From NCBI GenBank assembly GCA_038212095.1, contig JBBQUW010000003.1, positions 15,927 to 79,926 of the forward strand: a DNA stretch of 64,000 nucleotides. The letters run 5' to 3'. This stretch comes from Gaiellales bacterium (GTDB taxonomy: Bacteria > Actinomycetota > Thermoleophilia > Gaiellales > JAICJC01). This document shows positions 46,540 to 55,104 of this stretch, one piece after another (within the stretch, counting starts at the first letter, position 1; each line of letters begins with the position of its first letter). Below the pieces are notes generated by a model. The model ran no database searches, was not told the origin of the DNA, and worked only from the letters and a program-made list of their open reading frames with translations. Both the position numbers and the translations under genes were made by a program.

Positions 46540-47171
46540 CCGGCCACCCGGCCCAACGTCAGCCGCAGCTCGCGACCGCCCGCGAACCAGTCCGGCTCGT
46601 GGGTGGCGACGACGGCCGCGCCGGCGTGCTGATCGAGCATCGCCCGCAGCACCTCGCGGCCGTCTGCATCGAGTCCGGCGGTCGGCTCGTCCAGCAGCAG
46701 CAGCGCCGGCCGGTGCAGCCAGGCCCGGGCCAGAGCGAGTCGCTGGCGCATGCCGCGCGAGAGGTCGGCGGGACGGTCGTTGCCGCGTCGTTCGAGGCCG
46801 ACCATCGCGAGCGCCTCGTGGCAGCGGCCGGGCTGCACCGCGTGCAGCTCGCCGTACAGCTGCAGGTTCTCGAGCGCGGTCAGGCTGGGATAGACCAGCG
46901 GCTCGTGGCCCACGTAGCCGATCGAGGGCCGCGCCGCCCGAGCGTGGCGGGGCAGATCGTGGCCGGCCACCGAGACGGCGCCGCCGTGCGGGCGAAGCAC
47001 CGTTGCCAATACCCGCAACAGAGTCGTCTTTCCGGCGCCGTTGCCGCCGGTCAAGACCAGCGTCTCGCCCGCCGCCACGTCCAGGTCGACGCCGTCCAGC
47101 GCCCGTCGCTCGCCAAACCGCCGCACCAGCTGCCGGCAGGCGACGACCGGGACGGCCTCAGCCGAGCACAT
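46536..47171 (-). CDS. ccmA: Heme ABC exporter ATP-binding protein
   Basis: GGNGAGKTTLLR is the Walker A, LSRGMRQRLALA is the signature motif and LLLDEPT is the Walker B. Confidence 0.85.
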   Translation of the reverse strand: MCSAEAVPVVACRQLVRRFGERRALDGVDLDVAAGETLVLTGGNGAGKTTLLRVLATVLRPHGGAVSVAGHDLPRHARAARPSIGYVGHEPLVYPSLTALENLQLYGELHAVQPGRCHEALAMVGLERRGNDRPADLSRGMRQRLALARAWLHRPALLLLDEPTAGLDADGREVLRAMLDQHAGAAVVATHEPDWFAGGRELRLTLGRVAG

Positions 47172-48018
47172 CGGCCAGCACCCCGGCCAGGAACACGACC
47201 GAGATCACGCCGTTGAGCGTGAAGAACGCGACGTTGACCCGCGACAGATCGTCGGCGCTGACGATCGAGTTCTCGTAGCCCAGCAGCGCCGCGACCGCCG
47301 CCAGTCCGAGATAGTAGGCCGGGCCGAGGCTGAGCGTGACGCCGACCGCGATCAGCAGGCAGAGCGCCAGCAGGTGGCAGACGCGTGTGACCAGCAGCGC
47401 CGGGCCGATGCCGATCCGGCTGGGCAGCGAGTAGAGGCCCTCGGCGCGGTCGAACTCGACATCGCCCGTGGCGTAGATGACATCGAACCCGCCGATCCAC
47501 AGCGCCACCGCCAGCCACAGCATGAACGGCGCCGGGTCGGCATCACCGGTCACGGCCAGCCACGCGCCCAGCGGGGCAAGTCCGGTCGAGAGGCCAAGCG
47601 CCAGGTGGCATAGCCACGTGAAGCGCTTGGTATAGGGATACAGCACGAAAGCCGCGACCGGGATCGGCCACAGCCAGCGGACGAGCGGATCGAGCTGCCA
47701 CACGGCCACCAGGAACACCGCCAGCGAGAGCGTGCAGAATGCCGCCACCTGGCTGCGCGAGAGCAGGCCGGCCGGCAGCTCGCGCACCGCCGTGCGGGGG
47801 TTGCGGGCGTCGATCCGGGCATCGATCAGGCGGTTCAGCGCCATCGCCAGGCTGCGCGCGCCGACCATCGCCAGCGTCACCCAGCCCAACGTTGCCGCAT
47901 TCGGCAACTCACCCAACGAGAGCGTTGCGCCGACGAAGGCAAACGGCAGCGCGAACACGGTGTGCTCGAACTTGACCAGCGAGACGAAGCGGCGCGCGTA
48001 GACGGTGGTGACCGTCAC
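47158..48018 (-). CDS. UbiA-family aromatic prenyltransferase (4-hydroxybenzoate polyprenyltransferase-like / MqnP-like)
   Basis: GTG 48018 forms a GTGA overlap with moaB. KFEHTVFALPFA, NRLIDARIDARNPRT and GGFDVIYATGDVEFD are the two Asp-rich motifs. Confidence 0.85.
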   Translation of the reverse strand: MTVTTVYARRFVSLVKFEHTVFALPFAFVGATLSLGELPNAATLGWVTLAMVGARSLAMALNRLIDARIDARNPRTAVRELPAGLLSRSQVAAFCTLSLAVFLVAVWQLDPLVRWLWPIPVAAFVLYPYTKRFTWLCHLALGLSTGLAPLGAWLAVTGDADPAPFMLWLAVALWIGGFDVIYATGDVEFDRAEGLYSLPSRIGIGPALLVTRVCHLLALCLLIAVGVTLSLGPAYYLGLAAVAALLGYENSIVSADDLSRVNVAFFTLNGVISVVFLAGVLADVLG

Positions 48019-48491
48019 GGATGCTCGGTCGGTTGTGAGGTGAGCAGCTCGATGCCGTGGCTGAGGGCGGGCGCGATCGCGTCGAAGCACTCGCCGCACG
48101 CGCGCGGGCTGCCGGGGAAGTTGACGATCAGCGTACGGCCGCAGATGCCGCTGGCGCCGCGTGACAGCAGGCCGTGCGGGGAGGCGCGCCGCGAGACGTC
48201 GCGCATCGCTTCGTCCAGGCCCGGCGTCGGCCGCTCGACCACCTCTGCGGTGGCCTCGGGCGTGACGTCGCGGGGCGCGAAGCCGGTGCCGCCGGTGGTC
48301 AGCACCAGCTCGGCGCGATCGGTCAGATCCCACAGCGCCTCGGCGATCTTGGCGTGCTCGTCGGGCACGGTGCGCCGCTCGACCACCTCGAAGCCGGCCG
48401 CGGCAGCTCGCTCGGCCAGCAGGCCGCCGCTGAGATCCTCGCGCGTGCCGGCGGCGACGCCGTCCGAGACGGTGAGCACGGCCGCCCTCAC
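48015..48491 (-). CDS. moaB: MoaB/MogA-family molybdenum cofactor biosynthesis protein
   Basis: GTG 48491 forms a GTGA overlap with moaC. VLTVSDG...LVLTTGGTGFAPRDVTPEA...NFPGSP. Confidence 0.88.
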   Translation of the reverse strand: MRAAVLTVSDGVAAGTREDLSGGLLAERAAAAGFEVVERRTVPDEHAKIAEALWDLTDRAELVLTTGGTGFAPRDVTPEATAEVVERPTPGLDEAMRDVSRRASPHGLLSRGASGICGRTLIVNFPGSPRACGECFDAIAPALSHGIELLTSQPTEHP

Positions 48492-48934
48492 CCGGGCCGC
48501 CGCCAGTGTCCGGACTTGCCGCCCTCCTTCTCGACCAGGTAGGCGTGCTCGATCGTGATGGTCGGATCGAGTCCCTTGGTCATGTCGTAGACGGTAAGGG
48601 CGGCGGCGAGCACCGCCGTCAGCGCCTCCATCTCGACGCCGGTCTGGGCGGTGGTCTCGACGGCGGCGGTGATCGTGACGCCGTCGCCACCCAGCTCGGG
48701 GGTGACGTCGACCCGCGAGAGCGGTAGCGGATGGCACAGCGGCACGATGTCGGGCGTGCGCTTGGCGGCCATGATGCCCGCCACCCGCGCCACGGCCAGC
48801 ACGTCGCCCTTGGGCAGCGTGCCCTCGGCGATCCGCCGGCGGACGGCGTCAGGGATGGCGACGTGGGCGGTGGCGACGGCGCGGCGGCGCGTGACCGGCT
48901 TGTCTCCGACGTCGATCATGCGGATCTCGGACAT
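48488..48934 (-). CDS. moaC: Cyclic pyranopterin monophosphate synthase accessory protein MoaC
   Basis: MIDVGDKPVTRR.A.A...KGDVLAVARVAGIMAAKRT..IPLCHPL...VYDM.K. I placed the start at ATG 48934. Confidence 0.9.
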   Translation of the reverse strand: MSEIRMIDVGDKPVTRRRAVATAHVAIPDAVRRRIAEGTLPKGDVLAVARVAGIMAAKRTPDIVPLCHPLPLSRVDVTPELGGDGVTITAAVETTAQTGVEMEALTAVLAAALTVYDMTKGLDPTITIEHAYLVEKEGGKSGHWRRPG

Positions 48935-49039
48935 CGCTCGAAGTCTAGTGACGCCGCCTGATCTGAGGGCGGGCAAGGCTCGTCGTTACGACAGAGCAGC
49001 CGGGCGTGCCAACTGCGTGCCGATCGCGTAACGCCCCCC

Positions 49040-49063
49040 GCGGAGGGGTCTGACCCCTCCCGC
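49040..49063 (-). terminator. GC-rich hairpin GCGGAGGGGT-ctg-ACCCCTCCCGC (copy 1)
   Basis: Inverted repeat with a single C bulge, read directly. It lies between the VOC gene end and the moaC start. Confidence 0.4.
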
Positions 49064-49127
49064 TCGGTCGCGGCACAGCGCGCCGACTGTGTGCCGATCG
49101 CGCAACGCCGCCAGCCGGCGGGCGCTC

Positions 49128-49180
49128 GACGCCGTCCAGCGCCTCGTCCCAGCGTGGCGAGTGCCCGGCCGCGGTCAGCC
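49128..49180 (-). pseudogene. Orphan 53-nt fragment duplicated from inside the VOC gene (codons for TAAGHSPRWDEALDGVE)
   Basis: It is identical to 49397..49449. It has no start codon and no continuation. Confidence 0.75.
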
Positions 49181-49258
49181 CTGAGGGTGGGCAAGGCTGG
49201 CCGTGACGAACAGAGCAGCCGGGCGTGCCAACTGCGTGCCGACAGCGCAACGCCCCCC

Positions 49259-49282
49259 GCGGAGGGGTCTGACCCCTCCCGC
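49259..49282 (-). terminator. GC-rich hairpin GCGGAGGGGT-ctg-ACCCCTCCCGC (copy 2), about 55 nt downstream of the VOC gene stop
   Basis: It is identical to copy 1. This is the likely intrinsic terminator of the otsA-VOC transcript, although it has no U-tract. Confidence 0.4.
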
Positions 49283-49336
49283 TCGCTCGCGGCAAAACGT
49301 GCCAGCCGTGTACCGAAGGTGCTGGTCGGCGGGCGC

Positions 49337-49708
49337 TCAGCCTCGCGCCAGCAGCTCCAGCCGGTTGCCGAACGGATCGCGGACGAAGAACCGCTCGACG
49401 CCGTCCAGCGCCTCGTCCCAGCGTGGCGAGTGCCCGGCCGCGGTCAGCCGCTCGGCCAAACTGCGAAGCGTCGCCAGCGACTCGACCATCAGCGCTGGAT
49501 GCGCCTTGCCGGCCGGAACAAAGTGCTGCTGCTCGACCCCGATGTGCAGCTGATCGCGCCCCGCCTGGAACCAGCACCCGCCGCGCCCCGCCAGCGCCTC
49601 CGGCTTTGCCACCAGCGTCATCTCCAGCAGCCCCCCGTAGAACGCGATCGCCGCCTCCTCGCAGCCTGGCGGCGCGGCCACCTGCACGTGATCGATGCCC
49701 GTGATCAC
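49337..49708 (-). CDS. VOC/glyoxalase-family protein
   Basis: 123 aa. IDHVQVAAPPG...FYGGLL...HPALMV...FVRDPFGNRLEL. ATGA-type overlap with otsA. Confidence 0.8.
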   Translation of the reverse strand: MITGIDHVQVAAPPGCEEAAIAFYGGLLEMTLVAKPEALAGRGGCWFQAGRDQLHIGVEQQHFVPAGKAHPALMVESLATLRSLAERLTAAGHSPRWDEALDGVERFFVRDPFGNRLELLARG

Positions 49709-51159
49709 GCCTCGACCGGCCGCAGCGCGGCCAGGTCGCCCAGCTGAGCCTCGATCCAGCGCGTGATGTCATGCTCGCGCACCTGGCCGCGCAGCCCCTC
49801 GATCCGCTGTCGCCTCTCGGTGGCGTGCATCGTCAGCGCCTGGTAGATGGCGTCCGCCTGAGCCTGGATGTCGAACGGGTTCACCGTCAGCGCCCACTCC
49901 GCCAACTCCTCGAAGGCGCCCGCGTTCTCGCTCAGAATCAGCACGCCGTCGCGCTCGTTGACCAGCGGCGCCTCCTTCGCGACCAGGTTCATGCCGTCGA
50001 AGATCGCGTTCACCAGCAAGACGTCGTACGCCCTGTAGGCAGCCACCGCCTGCGGGAAGTTGTCGGAGATGCGCAGGTCGATCGGCGTCCACATACCGGT
50101 CATGTACCAGCGGTCGTTCACCTCACGGGCGGCGCGCTGGATGGCGCCAGAGTACTCGGCGTACTCCGGGATGTCCGGCCGCGAGGGATCGAGCAGCGCC
50201 AGCATGGTGACGCGGCCGCGCCACTCCGGGTGCTGCGAGAGCACCAGGTCGAAGGCGCGGAAGCCACGCACCACGTTCTTGGATGGGTCGGTGCGATCGA
50301 CGCGCAGGATCAGCTTCTCGGGCCGCGCCGCCTCGATGCCGGGTGCCTCCGCCAGCACCTCGTCCGAGCCGGCCAGACGCTCGAACTCGGCCGGGTCGAC
50401 CGAGATCGGGTACGAGCGGACGCGCACCTCGCGACCGGCGAAGTGGACGGTGTGGTTGGCGAAGTCGACCTCTCCCGAGGTGAGCTCGTCGCAGCAGTGC
50501 AGGAACGCCCGCACGTAGCGCTCCGTGTGCAGGCCGACGATGTCGCAGTGCAGCAGCGACTCGTGGATCGCGCTGCGGATCTCCTCGGGCAGGATCCGCC
50601 AGTAGTCCGGCATCGGCCAGGGGATGTGGGTGAAGTGCTGAATCAGCGCCCCCGGCACGCGCGCCCGGATCGCCTGCGGCACCATGAACAGCTGGTAGTC
50701 ATGCACCATCACGATCGGCGGGCCGTCGACGGAGCTGTCGATCTCATCCGCCACCGCCGCGGCGAACCGCTCGTTGACGGGCAGGTAGCCGGCCTCCCAG
50801 GCCAGCCGGATGTTGCGGTCGACGTCCGGCTCGGTCGCCAATCCCCACAGGTAGTGGTGGATGAACCACAGCGTCGGGTTCGCGAACACGTTGTAGTAGC
50901 GGTCGTACTCCTCGCGGTCATGCGCCACCAGCCGCAGCCGCAGGTTGCCGTCGGCATACGCGCCCTCGCCTGCGACCTCGCTGTCATCGTCGGTGAGCGC
51001 GCTCGCCACCCATGTCAGCGGACGCTGGGAGGTGAGCGCGGCCAGCGCGGTCACCAGCCCGCCGCCGCCGCGCTTGGCGGTGCGAGTGCCGTCGGAGTCG
51101 CGGCCAAAGCGCACCGGGCCCCGGTTGGAGACGATCAGAAGCGGTCGGTCAGCCATCAC
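49705..51159 (-). CDS. otsA: Alpha,alpha-trehalose-phosphate synthase (GT20)
   Basis: LLIVSNRGP...GGGLVTAL...WFIHHYLW...VHDYQL...DGMNLVAKE. Confidence 0.9.
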   Translation of the reverse strand: MMADRPLLIVSNRGPVRFGRDSDGTRTAKRGGGGLVTALAALTSQRPLTWVASALTDDDSEVAGEGAYADGNLRLRLVAHDREEYDRYYNVFANPTLWFIHHYLWGLATEPDVDRNIRLAWEAGYLPVNERFAAAVADEIDSSVDGPPIVMVHDYQLFMVPQAIRARVPGALIQHFTHIPWPMPDYWRILPEEIRSAIHESLLHCDIVGLHTERYVRAFLHCCDELTSGEVDFANHTVHFAGREVRVRSYPISVDPAEFERLAGSDEVLAEAPGIEAARPEKLILRVDRTDPSKNVVRGFRAFDLVLSQHPEWRGRVTMLALLDPSRPDIPEYAEYSGAIQRAAREVNDRWYMTGMWTPIDLRISDNFPQAVAAYRAYDVLLVNAIFDGMNLVAKEAPLVNERDGVLILSENAGAFEELAEWALTVNPFDIQAQADAIYQALTMHATERRQRIEGLRGQVREHDITRWIEAQLGDLAALRPVEA

Positions 51160-51189
51160 CGCAGGGTAGTCGAGGATGGCGACGCTCGG

Positions 51190-52467
51190 TCAGCCGCGCG
51201 CGCTGTGCAGGTCGAGTTCGACCTGCTCGCCGTCCAGGTGATGCATCAACGCCAGCCAGTTTCGCAGCAGCCTCGGCGTGAGGAAGCGGCGGCGGACATG
51301 CTCCTTGCCACGCAGCGCCATCTCGCGGGCGCGAGCGGGATCGGCCAGGATCTCGAGCGAGCGCTGGGCGCACTCCTCGGGCGACGAGACGAGGTAGCCG
51401 CTGACGCCATCCTCGATCTGGGTGACGATGCCGCCGACCCGGCCGCCGATCATCGGCCGCGCCTTCCACAGCGCCTCGGCGACGGTCAGGCCGAAGCCCT
51501 CCTTGATCGACTTCTGGAGGCAGACCGCGGCGTGCACCTGGAACGCGTTCACCTCGACGGCACCGACGTTGTTCAAGTTGCTGAGGATGTGGATGTCGGG
51601 GTCGTCGTCGGCGAACTCGACGGTCTGGTTATAGAACTCCCAGCCCTCGGGGTCATCGTGAGCCATCGATCCGACCAGCGCCAGCTGCATTCCCGGATGC
51701 ACCTGCTTGACGGCGCGGTACGCCTCGATCACGCCGCTGGGATCCTTCCACGGGTCAAAACGGGACACCTGCAGCATCATCGGCCGCGCCGGATCGATGC
51801 CGAACTGCTCGACGATGTAGGCCGCGTCCTCGACCGCCAGCGCCATGTTCTTGGGCGCCAGCGGGTCGATCGCGGGCGGCCAGATGACGGCTCGGTCGGC
51901 GATCTCGGGCACACTCGGCACGTACTCGTGCATGTGGAAGATCGAGGCGTCGTAGCTCGAGATCGAGGGCAGCAGGAAGTCCAGCACGCCCGGATTGGGC
52001 GTCGAGAGGTCGATGTGGCAGCGCCACACCCAGCGCGGGCGGGAGGTGGTCAGCATCGAGCGGATCGCGGCCGGCTGCGGATCGTGGACGACGATCATGT
52101 CCCACTCGTCGGCATCGGTGAGGGCGTCGGCGTTGATCTGGTTGTAGCGGGTGAAGACCTCTTTCTGCTCATCGCTCAACCCCTGCGGGTTGCCCTGCAG
52201 CGCGTTGTGGATCGTCTTTGTGACGTCGAAGAACTCATCGCGGCCGTGGATCACACGCCACTCGGTCTCGATGCCGACATCGTTCAGGAGCGGGATCAGC
52301 GTGTACTGGATCTCGGCCACACCGCCGCCGAAGGCGGTCGCCGAGAGGTGCAGCATCCGGCGGCCCCTCAACGGCTCGGCCAGCTCGCGGATCTCGTCCG
52401 CCAGCGAGCGTCCGACGATCGAGGCGTAGTCCACCAGGGACTTGTGTCCGACATTCACGCGTTGCAT
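51190..52467 (-). CDS. treT: Trehalose glycosyltransferring synthase TreT-like GT4 glycosyltransferase
   Basis: It matches remembered Thermococcus TreT blocks closely: SATAFGGGVAEI, FFDVTKTIHNALQGN, WRCHIDLSTPN, QVSRFDPWK, MAHDDPEGW and EGFGLTVAEALWK. Confidence 0.8.
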   Translation of the reverse strand: MQRVNVGHKSLVDYASIVGRSLADEIRELAEPLRGRRMLHLSATAFGGGVAEIQYTLIPLLNDVGIETEWRVIHGRDEFFDVTKTIHNALQGNPQGLSDEQKEVFTRYNQINADALTDADEWDMIVVHDPQPAAIRSMLTTSRPRWVWRCHIDLSTPNPGVLDFLLPSISSYDASIFHMHEYVPSVPEIADRAVIWPPAIDPLAPKNMALAVEDAAYIVEQFGIDPARPMMLQVSRFDPWKDPSGVIEAYRAVKQVHPGMQLALVGSMAHDDPEGWEFYNQTVEFADDDPDIHILSNLNNVGAVEVNAFQVHAAVCLQKSIKEGFGLTVAEALWKARPMIGGRVGGIVTQIEDGVSGYLVSSPEECAQRSLEILADPARAREMALRGKEHVRRRFLTPRLLRNWLALMHHLDGEQVELDLHSARG

Positions 52468-52536
52468 CTTCGGGACCCTAGATGATCCGGCAGGGTGGGA
52501 CTGCTGGCAGCCCGGCCGCCGGCCGGTGGCCGGCGA

Positions 52537-53709
52537 TCACAGCGGCCGCGTCCCCAGCGTCACGTCCACCATCCGCGTCTGGCCGCCCCGCACCACCTTC
52601 AGGTGCACCACCTCGCCGGGGCTGCGGGTCGAGACGAGGCGGACGAACTGGTCGGAGCTGATCACGGCAACGCCGTCGACCTGGACGATGACGTCGCCGC
52701 CCGGGCGCAGGGCGGTGTCCTGGAAGTGCTGCACGCTGCCGCCGACCGCCAGCCCGGCCTGTTGCGCCGGGCCGCCGGGCGTGATGTCCTCGATCAGCGC
52801 CCCGTGGGTGACGGAGAGGTGAAACTGCGCGGCAACCGCAGGCGTGATGGTGCCCAGCCGCACGCCGATCCAGCCGTAGGCGACGTGGCCGGTCTCGACC
52901 AACTGCTTCATCGAGCGCTTTGCAAGGTCGATCGGCACCGCGAAGCCGACGCCCTCGCCCCCGCCGCTGGTGGACTGAATCTGCGCATTGATGCCGATCA
53001 CGTTGCCGCCGGCGTCGAACAGCGGCCCGCCGGAGTTGCCGTGGTTGATCGCGGCGTCGGTCTGGATCGCGCCCGGGATCTGGAAGGCCGTGCCGCTGGA
53101 CAGGGAGCGGTTGATGGCGGAAACCACGCCCACCGAGAGCGATCCCGCCTCGAGGAACGGGCTGCCGATCGCCGCCACCGGCTGTCCCACCGTCACCTTG
53201 GAGGAGTTCCCCAGCGGCACCGGCACCAGCGTGACGTTGGGATCGGTCACCCGCAGCACCGCCACGTCCGCGAACAGGTCGTAGCCGACGATCGTCGCGT
53301 CGACCTGGTCGCCGTCGGAGAAGCGTACGTAGACGTGATCGGCCGGCTTGACGTCCTGGGGCTGCACGCCGGGATCGGCCGAGTTGGTGACCACGTGCGC
53401 GTTGGTCATGATCAGCCCACTGCTGCTGACCACGAAGCCGCTGCCGCCGGACTCGCTGGAGGGGAACACCGCTGCGATCGTGACGACGCCATCGATCCGG
53501 TCGCGGTAGATCGCGCCCGCGTTCAGCCCGTGACCGCTGCCGATGATCGCCACCGGCAGCGAGGGCGCCGATCCGGGCAGCGACGTCTGGACGATGGTCG
53601 TCGATCCGTCGAATGCGCCGCTCGATGCCGCCAGCGCCACCGTCACCACGGCCGCCGCCACGCCGGCGACGAAGCCGGCCAGCGCTGCTGGTGTCACGGA
53701 GCGGGACAT
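52537..53709 (-). CDS. HtrA/DegP-family serine protease with a C-terminal PDZ domain
   Basis: TNAHVV, the Asp region and GNSGGPLFD form the catalytic triad context. An N-terminal membrane anchor and a PDZ-like tail are present. Confidence 0.9.
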   Translation of the reverse strand: MSRSVTPAALAGFVAGVAAAVVTVALAASSGAFDGSTTIVQTSLPGSAPSLPVAIIGSGHGLNAGAIYRDRIDGVVTIAAVFPSSESGGSGFVVSSSGLIMTNAHVVTNSADPGVQPQDVKPADHVYVRFSDGDQVDATIVGYDLFADVAVLRVTDPNVTLVPVPLGNSSKVTVGQPVAAIGSPFLEAGSLSVGVVSAINRSLSSGTAFQIPGAIQTDAAINHGNSGGPLFDAGGNVIGINAQIQSTSGGGEGVGFAVPIDLAKRSMKQLVETGHVAYGWIGVRLGTITPAVAAQFHLSVTHGALIEDITPGGPAQQAGLAVGGSVQHFQDTALRPGGDVIVQVDGVAVISSDQFVRLVSTRSPGEVVHLKVVRGGQTRMVDVTLGTRPL

Positions 53710-53727
53710 CCGCCGTACGCTAGATGA

Positions 53728-55104
53728 TCAGCTCGGTTCGGCCGGTAAGCTGAGCGCGAAGCGAGTGGCCTCGCCGTCGGCAACCAGCTCCAAGCGGCCA
53801 TCCATCCGCTCGGCCAGCTCGCGGGCGATCGCGAGTCCCAGCCCGCTGCCGGCCGCACTGGTCGCCTCTCCGCGGTAGAAGCGCTCGAACAGATGCCGAG
53901 CCGCCTCAGGATCGATGCCGGGACCGTCGTCGCTCACCTCCAGCCGCACCATGCCCTGCGAGGCAGTTACCGCCACCCGTACCTGACTGCCGTTGGGGGT
54001 GTGGCGGATGGCGTTGTCCAGCAGCGCCCGGCCGATCTGCTGCACGCGCTGCTCGTCGGCGATCGCGTGGGGCACGGGACCGTCGGCTCGCACCAGCGAG
54101 ATGCGGCTGCCATGGCCGGCTGCCAGCCCACGGAACTCGCGCACCAACCCGCGCGCGGTCACCGTCAGCTCGATCGGCTCATGCTCAACAGCGACGGCGT
54201 CGGCGTCCAGCCGCGACAGATCGAGCAGGTCGGTGGCCAGCTTCGTCAGCCGCGTCACCTGCTCCCGCATCTCCCGCAGGAACTCGGCCCGGGTGTCGGC
54301 ATCGATGTCCTCGTCGTCCAGCAGCTCCAGAAAGCCGCCCAGCGAGAACAGCGGCGTGCGCAACTCGTGGGAGGCGTTGGCGACGAACTCCTTGCGCGCC
54401 CGGTCGGCGCGGTCGAGCCGCGTCTGCATCAGGTCGAAGGCCCGCGCCAGCTGTCCCAGCTCATCAGGAGACTGGTCACCGATCGGCGTGCCGAACTCGC
54501 CCAGCGAGATGCGAGCGGCGCCGCGCTCGAGGCGGGCCAGCCGATGGGTCACCGCGTGCGCCGCCGCCCAGCCCACCAGCGACGCAACCGCCAGCGCGAG
54601 CGCGGTCGCGATCAGGATCCGGCGCTCGACCAGGTCGGCCGTCTCGTTCACGTCAGCCGTCTGCTGGGTGAGCACCACCACCCCACGTGATCCCGGCCCG
54701 AACGTGAAGGCGACAACCAGCACGCCGCCGCCCCGACCGGTCGCCAACCCGCTGGTGACCGCCTGCCGTACAACCGGGTCGCTGCGGGTGACGCCGGCCC
54801 GGTCGCTGACGCCGGTATCCACGACTCGCGTCCCCTCGATCCTGAAGATGCCGACGTGGGCGTTGGCCAGCCGGCTGACCCTGGCCAGGCTCCTGCGCGT
54901 ACTGCCGAAGTGGCCGTTGGCGATCGCGGTCTTGAGCGCCGCATCCTTGGAGCGCTCCGACAGCGCGACCGCCTCCAGCCTGTTGAAGCGCTCGCTGATC
55001 AGGTTGTCGCGCAGCGTCGGCACGACGTAGAGAAAGACGACGCCCATCGCCGTCGCCACCACCGCCGCCAGCACGGCGACCAGTCGCAGCCGCAACGACC
55101 TCAC
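53728..55104 (-). CDS. Sensor histidine kinase (two TM helices, HAMP, HisKA, HATPase_c)
   Basis: GTG 55104 forms a GTGA overlap with the regulator gene. The H-box is SHELRTPL, the N-box is LLDNAIRHT and the G-box is GSGLGLAI. Confidence 0.9.
   Translation of the reverse strand: MRSLRLRLVAVLAAVVATAMGVVFLYVVPTLRDNLISERFNRLEAVALSERSKDAALKTAIANGHFGSTRRSLARVSRLANAHVGIFRIEGTRVVDTGVSDRAGVTRSDPVVRQAVTSGLATGRGGGVLVVAFTFGPGSRGVVVLTQQTADVNETADLVERRILIATALALAVASLVGWAAAHAVTHRLARLERGAARISLGEFGTPIGDQSPDELGQLARAFDLMQTRLDRADRARKEFVANASHELRTPLFSLGGFLELLDDEDIDADTRAEFLREMREQVTRLTKLATDLLDLSRLDADAVAVEHEPIELTVTARGLVREFRGLAAGHGSRISLVRADGPVPHAIADEQRVQQIGRALLDNAIRHTPNGSQVRVAVTASQGMVRLEVSDDGPGIDPEAARHLFERFYRGEATSAAGSGLGLAIARELAERMDGRLELVADGEATRFALSLPAEPS

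Larger units (their letters stand above)
48963..49449. repeat. Tandem duplication: unit 1 (48963..49180, 218 nt) copies 49181..49336 plus 49397..49449
   Basis: Aligned by eye. Both units start CTGAGGG(C/T)GGGCAAGGCT and contain the same hairpin. Both end ...GACGCCGTCCAGCGCCTCGTCCCAGCGTGGCGAGTGCCCGGCCGCGGTCAGCC. Unit 1 lacks 60 nt (49337..49396) that encode the last 19 codons plus the stop of the VOC gene. Confidence 0.85.

Noticed and set aside
48935-49110. Moco riboswitch upstream of moaC.
   Set aside because: I transcribed the minus-strand leader and did not find the conserved elements I remember from the Moco motif, such as a GGAAAGG-type segment near the RBS. A covariance-model search (Rfam RF01055) would be decisive; without it there is no support.
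48963-49449. CRISPR-like array, because of the repeated hairpin-containing units.
   Set aside because: There are only two long units (218 nt) with a gene fragment inside, not short repeats separated by unique spacers. There are no cas genes in the window.
48945-49772. 275-aa minus-strand ORF reading through the tandem duplication. It gives the repeated peptides GRGQTPPRGALR.RHAVGTPGCSV.
   Set aside because: It is in a different frame from the VOC gene and runs across the terminator hairpins. The peptide repeats are simply the translated DNA duplication, and there is no coding signature.
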